In this document: piece by piece, positions 1-13,169 of the stretch | Numbering within the stretch: position 1 is the first letter of the stretch | Layout: each line of letters opens with the position of its first letter | From: Sphaerodactylus townsendi | Lineage: Eukaryota | Assembly: GCF_021028975.2 (NCBI RefSeq) | Contig: NC_059432.1 | Span: 63,736,001-63,800,000, forward strand | Reading direction: 5' to 3' | Length of the DNA: 64,000 nucleotides | The notes under the pieces: generated by a model | What the model was told of the DNA's origin: nothing | The model's input: only the letters and a program-made list of their open reading frames with translations | The model's database searches: none | Program-made: the position numbers and the translations under genes

Positions 1-239
1 ATTACATTTTGCATATACCTGTATGCTAAATGCTTACTGTGAGCGGTTTGGGGAGCCAATCCTTTCACTGCAAAGTAAGGTAAGCTAAAATGAAGGAACA
101 GAAGGCAGAGTTGTTGAAAAGAATAAGCACAGTGAGGGTGTCTAAAGGTGGCAGATTTGAAGAAATAGAAGCCCATGGCAAGAATATAACAAGAAACAAA
201 AACAGAAAGAAGTCTGAAAAAACATGGCTTACTTTAATT

Positions 240-380
240 AATTTATTTATTTACTTCATTCATATTCTACTTTTCTCCTTGACAGGGACCTGAAGCGGCT
301 TACATTGTTCTCCTTTCCTCCATTTTATCCTCACAACAACCCTATGAGACATGTTAGTCATTCAGCCAACTTCCATGAAA
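240..380 (-). mobile_element. Squamate tRNA-derived SINE
   Basis: Shares TTTATCCTCACAACAAC body and ACTCTAACCACTACAC head with other copies in the window. Confidence 0.7.
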
Positions 381-1586
381 GACTTGGGATTTGAAGCAGA
401 GTCTCCAAGATTCTACTCTAGGACTCTAACCACTACACAACAGTTGCTTTCTTTAAAGGGAGGGGCAGCCTGCTAATGGTGGAGGAAGCAGGGAATTAGA
501 AGGCAGCGCAGGCATTTAAAGAAGGGCAGCCTGTGAAATGAAGAATTAAAAACTGAAATTCCTCTGCTGAAACACCTGAGATGTGATGAGGAAAGGCCAG
601 AGAGAAGATATTTGCAGAAAAGAATGGTGCCCACCATATGCTTTGATCATGTAGCTCCTTAACAAAATATATAGTTTCTACTATGAGACCCTGCTGTGTT
701 GCAGTAGAAAACTGACCTGTAAAAGAAAAGGAAAACTCTAGAAAAGTATTTCTATCTCAGTTTCTTACTTGCAGTTTCTGCTTTATCTAGCCAGAGACTT
801 TTGTCTTTTTGGCCAGCTCTGTCAACATACGAATGGACAGCTGCCTCCTGCTGCCTGGAATTTAAGAGGAATGTATGAGAACAGATACTGGTTCCTCAGT
901 CTTCTGACTACCTGGCTAAGGGATTTTATGTCCGCCTTTGAGGATTCAGACTGCAAATTCAACATCATCTCACAGAGATGAAAAATGTTTACACTGATAC
1001 CTAAGATGAAATGTCATTTCACCATAAGCACATTCATCTATATCGAAGGCCAGAAAAACACAGGGTGCTGAATCCCACTCCTCTGGCCACTTGGCCATTC
1101 GGGTACTCATTGGGTAGCCCACTTCTTATTCCAAAAGTCAGCCAGCTGGCAGAAAATAGAATGGGCAGATGGCTTCTGAGGGGGAACACCAAGGTGGGGG
1201 AACAGATCAGCACCCCATTGCCCATTTGAACTATACCCTGATCTACATGTTTGGAGCATCCTACTGAACCACTAGAATGGGACTGTAGACTTGTGCCCCA
1301 AAGTCTAGTCCAAATGGTGCCTCTGGCTGTAGGTATTTCCTCAAGTGGAAGAAATGTTCTCTAAATAACGATCTTGTTTCAATGACATATCAGAATAAGG
1401 AGTAATAGTCTTCCTCCCAGCTAATGTTGCCAACTTACCAGGTAAGAAGTGTCCAGTCCCTTTCACACAGGTTTAACATGCATAAATGCAGCTAAGTAAC
1501 ATCAACTTATAACTGCTGTAGATCAAACTGATATTATGAGACCAGCTAAAGGAACCAGTTTAAAAGATGGCAACCCTCCTTCCAGC

Positions 1587-1603
1587 TGAGTGAGTGAGTG
1601 AGT

Positions 1604-1637
<34 letters not shown>
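1587..1637. repeat. Compound (GAGT)n(GA)n microsatellite
   Basis: Read directly. Confidence 0.95.
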
Positions 1638-1638
<1 letters not shown>

Positions 1639-2439
1639 CAGACCACAGTGCACTCTCTCATCCCAAGGAAATAAAGCTTGGGTAGCATTTTCCCTTGGAA
1701 CTTCCTGTTGCTGGGGAGAGCAGATCACTACAAAATAGCATGTTAACCATATTGATGGGGTCTTTATCCCTTGATGCACTTTGAGAGCCAAGGAGGGTGA
1801 AGGAAGGGAGTAGACAGAATGCCAACGGTACTCAGCTAGCGCTTAAGCCCACTGGTTACAGCACAGATTGCTTTTAAAGGGCTATTCAATGGCAGTAGCA
1901 ATGAATTCTCTGCTTCTGTTGCACTGCCTCCACAAATTGTCATCCACCAGAGATGCTCCAAGATGGATGAACGCCATATTGTCCTGTTTAGTGAACCTAG
2001 GCCGAGTCAGCACCAGGTTGCTGTCATGAGTCTAGCATATTATTTGCAGAAAAAGTTGTTCATATTCAGGGGTTGATGTAATACCCTAATATACTGTCAG
2101 GGTTTAAAATATCAGAACTCCTATTTTGTCTATTTGCAGAACTTTAAATTGATGTCACTCAACTTCATCTATTGTTAATTAGTTTGCTGTTAACGATAAA
2201 CCTCTATGGATTTTATTGCATTATGTCACCTCTATTAATGATAAAACATAAAAGTATTTTTAGATGTTTCATTCAATAACTTGGAATCTACCTACAATTT
2301 TCATGGGTGCAATTTTCAGGAAGTGGAGCAATTTTTGCTGATTCCCCACTCCTCACAACAGTCCCAAACTATGCTCAAAATAACTTCCATGGTGGATGGT
2401 AGAACCCCAGGAGTAGCTTAGGTGGAATTTTTTTCATTA

Positions 2440-3385
2440 CGTGGCCAAAGCTCTGCCTCCGTTTGGGTTTTTTTTGTATTTTTAAAAGTTTTTTCAGTTT
2501 TTGGCCTGCAGGGGGTGCAGTTTTTAGGCTAGCAGCACCAAAATTTCGGGGATTGGTTGGGAGACGCTCCTGATAATACCACCCAGATTTGGTGAGGTTT
2601 GGCTCACAGGGTCCAAAGTTATGAACTCCCAAAGGTGGTGCCCCATCCCCCATTATTTCCAATGGAAGCTAATAGAAGATGGGGGCTACACCTTTGAGGG
2701 TCCATAACTTTGGACCCCCTAAACCAAACTTCACCAAACCTGGGTGGTATCATCAAGAAAGTCTCCTAAAGATACTCTGAAAGTTTGGTGCTGCTAGCTT
2801 AACAATTGCAACCCTGACAGCAGGCACTCCCCAAATTTCCCCAGGTTCTCCTTTTAAGTCCACCCCCTTCGGCATGGATTTAAAGGGAGAATCTGAGGTC
2901 CCCAGTTTAAACATTGAAAGTGATGCTGTTTCAGGGTGGGGGATAATCCACCCCAAAACAGCATCACTTTCAATGTTGTTTTAACTGGGGACCCCAGATT
3001 CTCCCTTTAAGGTAGATTTAAAAGGAGAATCTGGGCTCCCTAGTTTAAACACCATTGAAAGTGATGCTGTTTGGGGGTGGATTCCAGCATCACAGCAGCC
3101 GCCCATTGGGGGAGCACAAAACTCAGATTTTGCACTGGGCTCCATTTTCCCTAGCTACACCTCTGCCCAGAGGGGAGGGCAGAAGGGACTGCTGGCTGCC
3201 AGCTAGAAGCCCAGCCGGGGGCGGGGAGGGCAGGGGGGCAGGGGAGTCTGCCGTCCTTGGCCTCGCAGAGCTGTTTTTATAAGCATTGAGGCCGGGGCGG
3301 GGCTTGAGAGGCATAGTCCCACCCCCAGGGGGTGGGGGTGTGCCCCCCGAAACACCCCCCCCATAAAAATCTATACCTACGTCAT
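2440..3385. mobile_element. Unclassified gecko-type interspersed repeat with internal direct and inverted repeats
   Basis: Internal duplication (CATTGAAAGTGATGCTGTTT twice), palindromic CCCAGATTCTCC...GGAGAATCTGGG, GC-rich end; family recognised by eye only. Confidence 0.55.
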
Positions 3386-4319
3386 TGGGATGGGAGGAGA
3401 TGAAAGGAAACCCAAACAGCTGCACAGAAGTAATATGCTACATCAGTTCTAAGATTTATAATACTGGGCTTAAGGCTCAACCAACCTTCCAACATGATTA
3501 CTTGACTTAGCATTCCTCCTTGCAGGTCACCAACTTCTGCTGCTGGAATTGCCACCTTGTAAAGAACATTGTTTCCCAAATATAGCCATATTTTTCAAGT
3601 TTAACTGTTAGTAACCCCAGAAATCTGTGCTATGTCTCAGTTGTCTAACAAGATTTACTGTGTCTGTGTGTACCTTATGTACCTTATGCTTCAGAATTAA
3701 AAAAAATCTATGAAGATGAACCACATTTTCTTCCAAGGAAAGTTGAATGGAGAAATTTGTACACACTATGTAAATTAGCTAATTGTTTACTTCTATTTAC
3801 TTCTGATTCATCCAGTCTTGGGGAGGAGAACATGGAACTAAGCACTGAAGTGCCACCCACTATAAACCCTATAAAACTTCTCTTGGGCTTCACAGTTTTC
3901 ACCTGCTACTCTTTTCACACTGTTCAGTTTGTATTGCTGATCCTACATATTGAAACTAGGCATGTTCCAATTCCAAATGCTGTGCTTTTTTCTAAATTTG
4001 TTTGTACAGAATTGCAAATTACCCCAATCCTGTTTTTAAGTCATCCTAAGTAACATCACATTCTTTGTCTTGTTCTTAATGAGAAATTCCCCTTGAAAGC
4101 ATGCTTATGAACAAAATTTGCAAGCAAAGAAAACTGACCGGGAAAAATGTAGGAGGACAGAGGAAAAATGTAGTTCTGTCTGGAATAGATAAAGGAAATT
4201 TAATTTGTCCCTAACACTATCTTGTCTTAGCAGTAGCATTGAGTGAGCATCAGAAAGAGTGATACTAAAGACCAAGGTAGGTATTGAGGAGGTTTCTAAT
4301 TAGTAACCACAGTGAGCAA

Positions 4320-4745
4320 TCCAGCTGCTTTGGTACTAAGATGATATCATACGATCACAGTCAACAACTCAGAAACATGAACAAACTCTTCATGTGATGG
4401 AAATGAAGATGCTCCAGTGGATGCTTGGCCTGACTCTTTACGATCCTGTTAACAAACAAAGACATATGACAAAGACTTGGAATTACACCAATAACAAAGA
4501 AAATGAGGGAAGCACGGCTCTGGTGGTATGGGCATATTATGCAACTGGAGGAGACTTCTGTTGCAAAAACGGCCTTAAACTTTGACCCTGGAGGCCACCG
4601 CCCACATGGAAGACCAAAGAAAAGGTGGATAGACAGCATTGCTGAAGACGTGTGTGCTGTCAACCTTACCCCTGGAAATGCCCAAAATCCAGCTATTTGG
4701 CGAAGAAAATGTCAATCCCCTCAAGGGGAATATAACAAGAAGACT
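4320..4745 (+). mobile_element. RTE-clade LINE 3' fragment
   Basis: EMKMLQWMLG and REARLWWYGHI...RPHGRPKKRWID are typical of the RTE ORF C-terminus. Confidence 0.8.
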
Positions 4746-7079
4746 GAAAGCCAGACATACCAATAAGGATTTAGCCTTGTGGTCACTGCAATTAGGTTTT
4801 AAAAAAGCATCACTGATAGTGATATTATAAATGCAAGTAAATTGCATTCATGTTGAGCCATGTGGACATAACTTTTTTGGCAAAGAAGCAGTATCTATAA
4901 GCCTAATTCTGCCCATTTAGAGAAGCAGCTCTGGCTGCACTGCGCCTTGTATTTCTTTATTTTTAATTTGTGAAAAACAGTTCACAGAGCTGAGGTGCCC
5001 CAAGGTCACTACCATAGTAAGAGAAAGCCACCTGGCTTCCTGCTCCCACAAGATAACGGATACAACTCCATTTCTCATGGGATCAGAGTGTCAGGGGAAA
5101 GCCTAGTTATCAACAAAGCATGTGAAGCCATAAAGCAAAGATCAAGGAAAGAATGCCCCAGATGGCAGTGGTAACATATAGCAGGCTGGTTGCATATATC
5201 TTTTAAACCGTTTGATTTGTAGCTTTAAGCAGTTACAATGAAGTAGGAATGCATCTCAATCACATAGATACAATCCCCCTGATAGCTGGCTGGAGCAAAG
5301 AACAGTTCTGGGTCCTTGGCTGTTGTCTATTGACCAGCTTTTACTCCACAGGTCTCTAGTGCCCACCACTGCACTGTAGTTTGTATGGAATTGGCATTTG
5401 CAAAAGTCCATTCTCCATAATCTTCAATCCAGTTGTGTCAATAAATATTCCTAGGCTGTAGTCCAATTATGTTCCTTTCCAGAGCATAGGTAAAACAGAA
5501 TCAGCTTAAGTGAGAGTACTGGAGAACTGTACATTTATGTATTTTTAACCACTCTTTTTCAAACAGAAACACTCCCAAAGGTCTTTTACCTAAAATAAAA
5601 TGTAAAAAAAGTGAAATACAATCAAATTGGAGCTGCTCATCCGCTTTAACACTAGCACTACTCCAAGATAGCAACTATCCTGTCCCAAAGAAAAAGCCCC
5701 AAAGCTCATGGGATTAGTATGATCTTTCTAGTGCTTGTTCCACATAATTATACCCAAACAAAGGCCTTGTCTTTTCCCGATTGCCACATATCTGTATTTT
5801 AAATGAACAAACACCAAAAACTACATGTGTATGTACTCAACTGATAATGGAACATGTATGCATCTCTAGCCATTACACCTTGGTTATTCCTCCAAAAAAT
5901 CTCATATGATCCCAGCCCCCACCCCACCCCCCGTCCAGGTAGTAGACAGGTCAGTAGACCACCATCACTGAAATCCACAGCAGCACCAACACAGAAATCC
6001 ACAATGTGTACGCTGCTGATCTCCAAATCTCAGCTCACACCCCTCTCATGCTGCTGACCTGCAGGTCAGCCTTTATTAGTACACATCAGGCAAAGTGCAA
6101 GGTCACTGCAGATTGGCACCGATGCAATAAATCACTTGCATGCAGACAAGGGAATGAATCTGGGGTAGGGAAAAAGAAAGGTCACAGGGAGATGCAAAAA
6201 GGACATGGGTTGCCATGGGATGCAAGTTCATTGCAGATGTAGAGGGTGCGAGATGGTTACAGTTCATTGCAATTTATCATCTTGTAGAAAGGGAGTGAAT
6301 CCCAAGGTCTCAAACAGGAAGAACCTCTTATCTTCTTGTAAATCATTGTCCCCACTGTCACAATCTGGGCTTGAACTGAAAATGTGCACCAGATCCAAAA
6401 ACATTACAATGTTATCCCTTATTTCCGTTGTCCCTTGGTGCATCTGCCAATAACTCATCCCATAATAATAGTCTAGGTCTACAGCACTAAACCTGAAACA
6501 CGGGGGAGTATAAATTACAGGTATAAACTGCCTTTGTCCTTCCTTCTCCCTAGGGAAGCGGAGTTCTTTGAAGGAAGTCATGATGACAGTTAGACTAATC
6601 TACATGTGTAGCATGGTACAGGCACAGCTGTTTCCTGAAAAAACAGAATTTTTTGGCTATGCTGGGATTATCTAACCTGGATGTAGTGCAGTCAGGCAAG
6701 AGACCAGAAGGAGCCCAAGCAGCTCAGCACTGTATTATTGACGACACTGAAATTGTATGCCTGACCCTCATAAAAATGCCAACTAAGCAAATCTTAATCT
6801 GGGACAGGAATCTGGCAGCTCAAAGTCAGCGACTGTGCTGCTGTTTTGGCTACTCCATCAGACTTGGAATATAAGGAGGCTGTGAGAAGGATGGGTCTGT
6901 CTTTTGTCTGCTGCTTTTAAGGAGCTTCAGAAAGACTAGAATTGCATCATCTTCAGTCATATTGTCTGCTTTTGCTGCAAGGCATTTCTGCTGTTGCTAA
7001 AGGTAAAGGAAGAAACGGACAGGGATATTCTGCTCTCCTTAGACTTGAGCCACGTGATGTAACTAGATGAGAAGAAGCA

Positions 7080-7315
7080 GTGTTTGGATTCATACCCTAC
7101 CTTTCTCCCCTGTAAGGTGTCTCAAAACAGCTTACAAACTCCTTCCCTTCCTCTTCCCACAACAGACCCCTTGTGAGGTACGTGGAACTGAGAGCGTTCT
7201 GAGAGAACTGTGACTAGCCCAAGGTCACCCAGAAGGCTTTATGTGTAGGAGCAGAGAAAGAGACCTGGTTCACCAGATTAGAGTTCACCTGCTCTTAACC
7301 ACTAAACCACACTGG
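7080..7315 (-). mobile_element. Squamate tRNA-derived SINE
   Basis: Reverse complement of the copies at about 20600, 22165 and 61135. Confidence 0.75.
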
Positions 7316-7997
7316 ATCTCTAGTGTGATAATACAGTGTGGTTGCACAGTATGAACAAGCGAATATATGGCCTTCTAAGTCAGAAAAGTGCCATAGGGTA
7401 AAATAATCCATAGTTTTTCTGGACTATTCACAATACCTCACCTTAAAAGTTTGGCATGCAGCAAGAAGAGAAGGTCTGGCTGCTTTTTCCTGTTATTTCA
7501 GCATGGCTGTAACCCTTAATGTTCTTTAACAAGTGACATTTGGATTGCAGGAATATGACATCACAAAGGCACAGATTTCTGACATGGCTGCTGGCTCAGC
7601 CTTACATTATCCTCTAGTTCCCTCTGGTGGCCAATGAGGCTGTAGGAGGTTTCTTTTTGACATCATTTCTGGGCAGAGTTTATAAAGATTAAAAAGAACT
7701 GAAGGTTTCGGTTGTGAGTGGAGGAAACAGGCGCCATCACTGGTTCCAATCAGCCAGGAACCCTTTGGCTTAGTCTCACTCCCTACCCCAAGCATCATGG
7801 CAAACAGTGCCCAGAGAGAATGGCCCTTTTTGCACAAACTTTTAAAAATACTTTGAGGCTGGAAATAAAATGTTTCCTCCATGGAGTTCCGCATTGTTTT
7901 TTCCCCTGTTTATATTCTGAAAACATTTTATTTCCAGCCTGGAAACGTTTTATCTGAAAACCCTTTTACAACTATTTTCTTGTGTGGAACATTTTCA

Positions 7998-10981
7998 GAA
8001 TGAGGAGAACCAGTGGGATGCTGTTATACCAGGCTACAGGCTCTATAGGAAGGATAGGACAGGGCGCATTGGGGGTGGAGTTGCCCTTTACATCAAAGAG
8101 AGCATAGTATCACATAAAATAGACAATGCAAGGGGAGCTGGTTCCCCTTCAGAATCACTGTGGATATCAATACCAGGTGTGAAGGACAGTTTAATATTAG
8201 GAATATATTATCGTCCCCCTGACCAAAGTGCACAAGAGGATTCTGAGATGGAAAAAGAAATTAGAGAGGCCAACAAAAACAAAAATGTAGTGGTAATGGG
8301 TGATTTTTAACTATCCCCATATAAACTGGAAAAATGCATGTTCAGGTCATAGTAAGGAGAGAGCATTCCTGGATATGCTAAATGACTGTGGCTTAGAGCT
8401 GATGGTTGTGGAACCAACCAGGGGAGAGGTGATCCTAGATCTAATTCTATGTGGGACCCAGGACCTGCTGCAGGAAGTCAGTGTTGTTGAGCCGATAGGG
8501 AACAGCGACCACAATGCTGTCAGATTCAGTATCTCAGCATGCGAACAAGTGGCAACTACTAATGTAGTTACATTCGCCTTCAGAAAGGGAAATTTCTCAA
8601 AGATGAGGGGGAAGCTGAAAGGGAAAATCAAGAGAGTCAAAACTGTCCAGGATGCTTGGAGGTTATTTAAAAACACAGTAATAAAAGCTCAGCTGGAATG
8701 TGTTCCACAGGTTAGAAAAGGCAGCACCCAGTCCAAAAGAAAGCCACCATGGTTAACAAGAGAGGTTGAGGAAATTATCAGAAAAAAGAAAATGTCTTTT
8801 AGAAAATGGAAGTCCAGTTTGGCTGATGAAGAATATGAGAGGGAACACAAATGGTGGCAAAAGAGAAGCAAGTTAGCTGTAAGGGAGGCAAAAAAGGATT
8901 ATGAGGAACGCATGGCTATGAACATCAAGACCAGCAACAAACAGTTCTTCAAGTACATCAAAAGCAGGAAGCCAGCAAGGGAAGCGGTAGGCCCGTTAGA
9001 TGACAAAGGAACAAAGGGCGTGCTAAAAGATGGCAGGGAGATTGCAGAGAAGCTGAATGAATTCTTTGCATCTGTCTTCACCCAAGAGGAGGTGAGGAAC
9101 ATTCCTGCACCTGGAAACCAAGCTTCTTAGGAGGCTTTTAATCGCCTCGAGGAACTAGCTGTAAGATAGTGGTAGACAAGGAAGAAGTTCTGGCAGCCAT
9201 TGATAAACTAAATGTTACCAAACTCCTCTTGGCCCAGATTGCATTCACCCAAGAGTTCTTAAAGAGCTAAAGCATGAAATTGCTGATCTTCTGACTTTAA
9301 TATGCAACTTATCCCCTGAAATCAGGCTCCATCCCTGAAAAGACTGGAAGATGGCCAATGTCACACCAATCTTTAAGAAAGGATCTAGGGGACCCGGGAA
9401 ATTACATAGGCCAGTCAGTTTGACATCTGTTCCTGGTGTAAGTTAGTAGAATCTATCACCTATTAAAGATAAAATTATAAAACATGTAGAAAAGCAAGGC
9501 CTGCTGAGAAAGAGTCAGCATGGCTTTTGCAGAGGCAAAATCCTGTCTTACAAACTTTTACTAGAGTTCTTTGAGAGGTGTAAACAGGCATGTGGACAGG
9601 GAGTGAACCGGTGGACATTGTCTACTTGGATTTCCAAAAAAGGCTTTTTGACAAAGTTCCTCACCTCAGAGACTGTTGAGAAAAACTCAGCAATGAAAGG
9701 AATGGAAGAGGGAAGTCCTCCTCATGGATTGGGCCATTAAAAAACTGAGTTTGAGAAACAGGAAACAAAGTGTGGGTGTAAAATGGGAAGTTCTCACAAT
9801 GGAGAGATGTCGGGAGTGGTGTCCCCAAGGATCCGCTTTTGGGGACCAGTGCTCTTTTAACCTATTCATAAAATGACCTGCTGGAAGTAGCAGGGTGCCA
9901 GGTAGCGTGGTGGCCAAGTTCTGCCAGATGAGATACTCAAATTATGTAGGGTTGGTGAGAACCGCAAAGCGATTGGCGTAAAAGAGCTCCAAGCGGACCT
10001 TGATAAATTAGATGAGTGGGCTCCAGAAATGGCAAATGCAGTTCAATGTAGCAAAATGAAAAGTGATGCACATAGGGGGGCAAAAAAATCCCAAACTTCA
10101 CATACACGGCCACAGAGGGTCAGGTGCTGTATCAGTCACAAGACCAGGAAAGGGATTTAGGCGTCTTAGTTGATAGTTCCATGGGAATGTCAACTCAATG
10201 TATGGCAGCTGTGAAAAAGGCAAACTCTATGCTGGGGATCATTAGAAAAGGAATTGATAATAAAAACTGCAAAGATTGTCATGCCCTTATATAAAGCAGT
10301 GGTGCGACCAAGCACTTTGGGAGTACTGTGGTCCAGTTCTGAGTGCCCGCATCTCAAAAAAGGATATTGAGGAGATAGAAAAAAGTGCAGAGAAAGGGAC
10401 AACAAGGATGATTTGAGGGACTGGAGCACCTTCCCTATGAGGAGAGGCTGGGCTGCAGCGTTTGGGACTCTTTAGTTTGGAGAGGAGGCGGCTGAGGGGG
10501 GGATATTAAGTGATTGAAGTCTACAAAATTATGCATGGGGTAGAAAATGTTGACAGAGAGACATTTTTCTCTCTTTCTCACAATACTAGAACCAGGGACA
10601 TTCATTGAAAATGCTGGGGGGAAGAATTAGGACTAATAAAAGGAAACACTTCTTCACGCAATGTGTGATTGGTGTTTGGAATATGCTGCCACAGGAGGTG
10701 GTGATGGCCACTAACCTGGATAGCTTTAAAAGGGGCTTGGACAGATTTATGGAGGAGAAGTCGATTTATGGCTACCAATCTTGATCCTCTTCTTGATCTG
10801 AGATTGCAAATGCCTTAACAGACCAGGTGATCGGGAGCAACAGCCGCAGAAGGCCATTGCGTTCACATCCTACATGTGAGCTCCCAAAGGCACCTGGTGG
10901 GCCACTGCGAGTAGCAGAGAGCTGGACTAGATGGACCTTGGTCTGATCCAGCTGGCTTGTTCTTATGTTCTTATGTTCTTA
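7998..10981 (+). mobile_element. 5'-truncated CR1 LINE (APE endonuclease + RT, frameshifted)
   Basis: GYRLYRKDR..GGGVALY, GIYYRPP, MGDFNYP, SDHN endonuclease motifs; RT remnants; 3' terminal (TGTTCTTA)x3 at 10958-10981. Confidence 0.93.
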
Positions 10982-11819
10982 ATGTTTTCCCTTGCTGCGC
11001 AGGCATATTTAAAATGTTTTATCTTTCTCACTGTGTTTTCCATACCTCTGTGCGATCCCTGAACGTCTCCTGTGGTGTCATTTTATTGCATTCCTGAGCT
11101 CACTTCATTCCCTCTCCTCTTTACTTTTGTTAGTTCTGTGTGTTTTTTACATTTTTGGTTAAATCTTTGAAGCATCCATTACCCACAGCTACACAGAATC
11201 CATGCATCAAGTTTTCAAAGTATTGATTCTAGAAATAGCCAAAAAAGAGAGAAAACCCCTCACTGCGACCATGAATGTTTTGAGGGAGGGAGTGCAAACA
11301 AACAGGGATGAGGGGATAACAAACATTCTGCAAACATTTTAGATGACCTGTGCGAAAAGGGCCAATGCCTTTGTGTTTTTGCTGCCTATCTGGGAAAAGA
11401 CAGGGTATCAAGCACCTAGCAAGCCAAATGCAAACCTGTACAAGTATGTGCACTTCCAGGGCTGTTTTGGCCTTTGAGGGAGGACTCATAGGGATCAGGC
11501 CTGACTAAAGTTTCCAGTTCCAGGTTGGGAAATTTTGTGAAGTTGGAGTACGGCAACGTTTGGGGAGGTGAGGGGCCCCAGCAGGATATAATACCATAGA
11601 GTCTACCCTCTAAAACGGCCACTTTTGCCAGGTAAACGGATCTCTGCTGTCTAAAGACCAGCTGTTATTCTGAGAGACCTCCAGGTCACACCTGGAGCTT
11701 AGCAATCCTAGGTCTGGCAGCAGCTACTGAATTACTTGATACCACCCAATCTACATGGCTCAACCAGGCCTAGTTGCTTGCTACTGATCAACACCCTATG
11801 AAAGTCAGTATGGTATAAA

Positions 11820-12050
11820 GCCAGTGTGGTGTATCGGTTACAGCTTCAGAGTAGGATCTGGAGACTCAGGTTGAATCCCCATTTTCCTGTAGAAGCTCAT
11901 TGGGTGATGCTAGGTTAGTCACTTACTTTCAGCATAATCTAATTTCATGGGTTGTTGTGAGGACTGAACAGGAGGAGAGGAGAATAATGTAAGTCAGTTT
12001 AGTCCTCACTGTGGGAAAAGGTGGAGTAGGAATGAAGTAAATAAATAGTA
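11820..12050 (+). mobile_element. Squamate tRNA-derived SINE
   Basis: Pol III A/B-box-like head and TAAA-repeat tail. Confidence 0.7.
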
Positions 12051-13050
12051 AATATAACTGAAGGTGGGAGCCGGATAAAAGGTAGGCTGGTGAATGGCGG
12101 AAAAGGCAAGAATGAGGGGAGGGATAGGGAAAGAGGAGAAAATATTGGGTTTGCCAGGAAGATGGAAAGATGAAATAGTGTGAGGATGGAGATACAGGGG
12201 AAAGGGGGTGCTCCTTCACAAGTCCTTGAGGGTTCCATATCTTGCAAGTGGGCCTGATCCAGTGGCCACTACCACACACATGGGCCACATTTTTCTGAGG
12301 CAGAGGCTGCTGGGGCAGGGGAAAAGGGAAACCTGGAAACAAAGGGCAGAAAAATAATGTAGGTTGGCTATTGGTTGGGAAGGGGAGAAGGAAGCAGGAG
12401 AATGACAGAGGCCAGGCAACTTCCAAGAAAGGAAAGAGGAAATAGCTGGGGAGGGGGGAAATAAGATGCCTCCCACAAATCCTTGTGGGTTCCCATTGTT
12501 AGCTATATTGATGATGATAGGCACCTCTATACCAGTGTCCAAGGCAGCAAATTGTTACATGGACAAAACAGTTAACATTAAGATTTTATGCACATTCACA
12601 CATCCACCAGTATCTTCCATGTTTGTTTGACGCTACTGGGTCTCAGTCTTGCAAAGGATTACAGAGGTCACAAAAGAGTGTACATGCCCTCAATGAGGCT
12701 AACAGGCCTGTGGGAATGATTTCAGGAAAGATTCTCTTACGTCTCCAAAATATAGGTGGGCGATAGCTGCCAGTGTCTGCTGTTCTTGTTCAGAAAGCTC
12801 ATTCAAAAACATTAGCATTTGCAAATTGCCTCTTGTTTCAATGAATCCACAATGAATTCCAATCTTTCATTAAATTGATTCAGATGCATTTAAGTGTACT
12901 AAGTGAGGGGCTGCCCTGATAAGATACTTGCTCACATATCTCTATGCCATTACATTACTGACCTATATACAGGTCTTGGGGTTTCACGGAATGCCTGTTT
13001 TTCCAAAGCAAAAAAATAGGATGGTTGCCCTTGGCATCTTCCTTCTAGGG

Positions 13051-13169
13051 CAGGGGTCTACAACCTGCGGCTCTCCAGATGTTCATGGACTACAATTGGC
13101 CATGCTGGCAGGGGCTGATGGGATTTGTAGTCCATGAACATCTGGAGAGTCACAGGTTGCAGGCCCCTG
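13051..13169. mobile_element. Hairpin hAT-type MITE with 8-bp TSD
   Basis: Long TIRs CAGGGGTCTACAACCTG...CAGGTTGCAGGCCCCTG; TSD TTCTAGGG at 13043-13050 and 13170-13177. Confidence 0.9.

Noticed and set aside
11929-12542. Overlapping minus-strand ORFs up to 165 aa
   Set aside because: Low-complexity purine-rich and SINE-derived sequence with no domain
13051-13169. Hairpin resembling a pre-miRNA
   Set aside because: The 8-bp TSD and a second partial copy at 49231 identify it as a MITE
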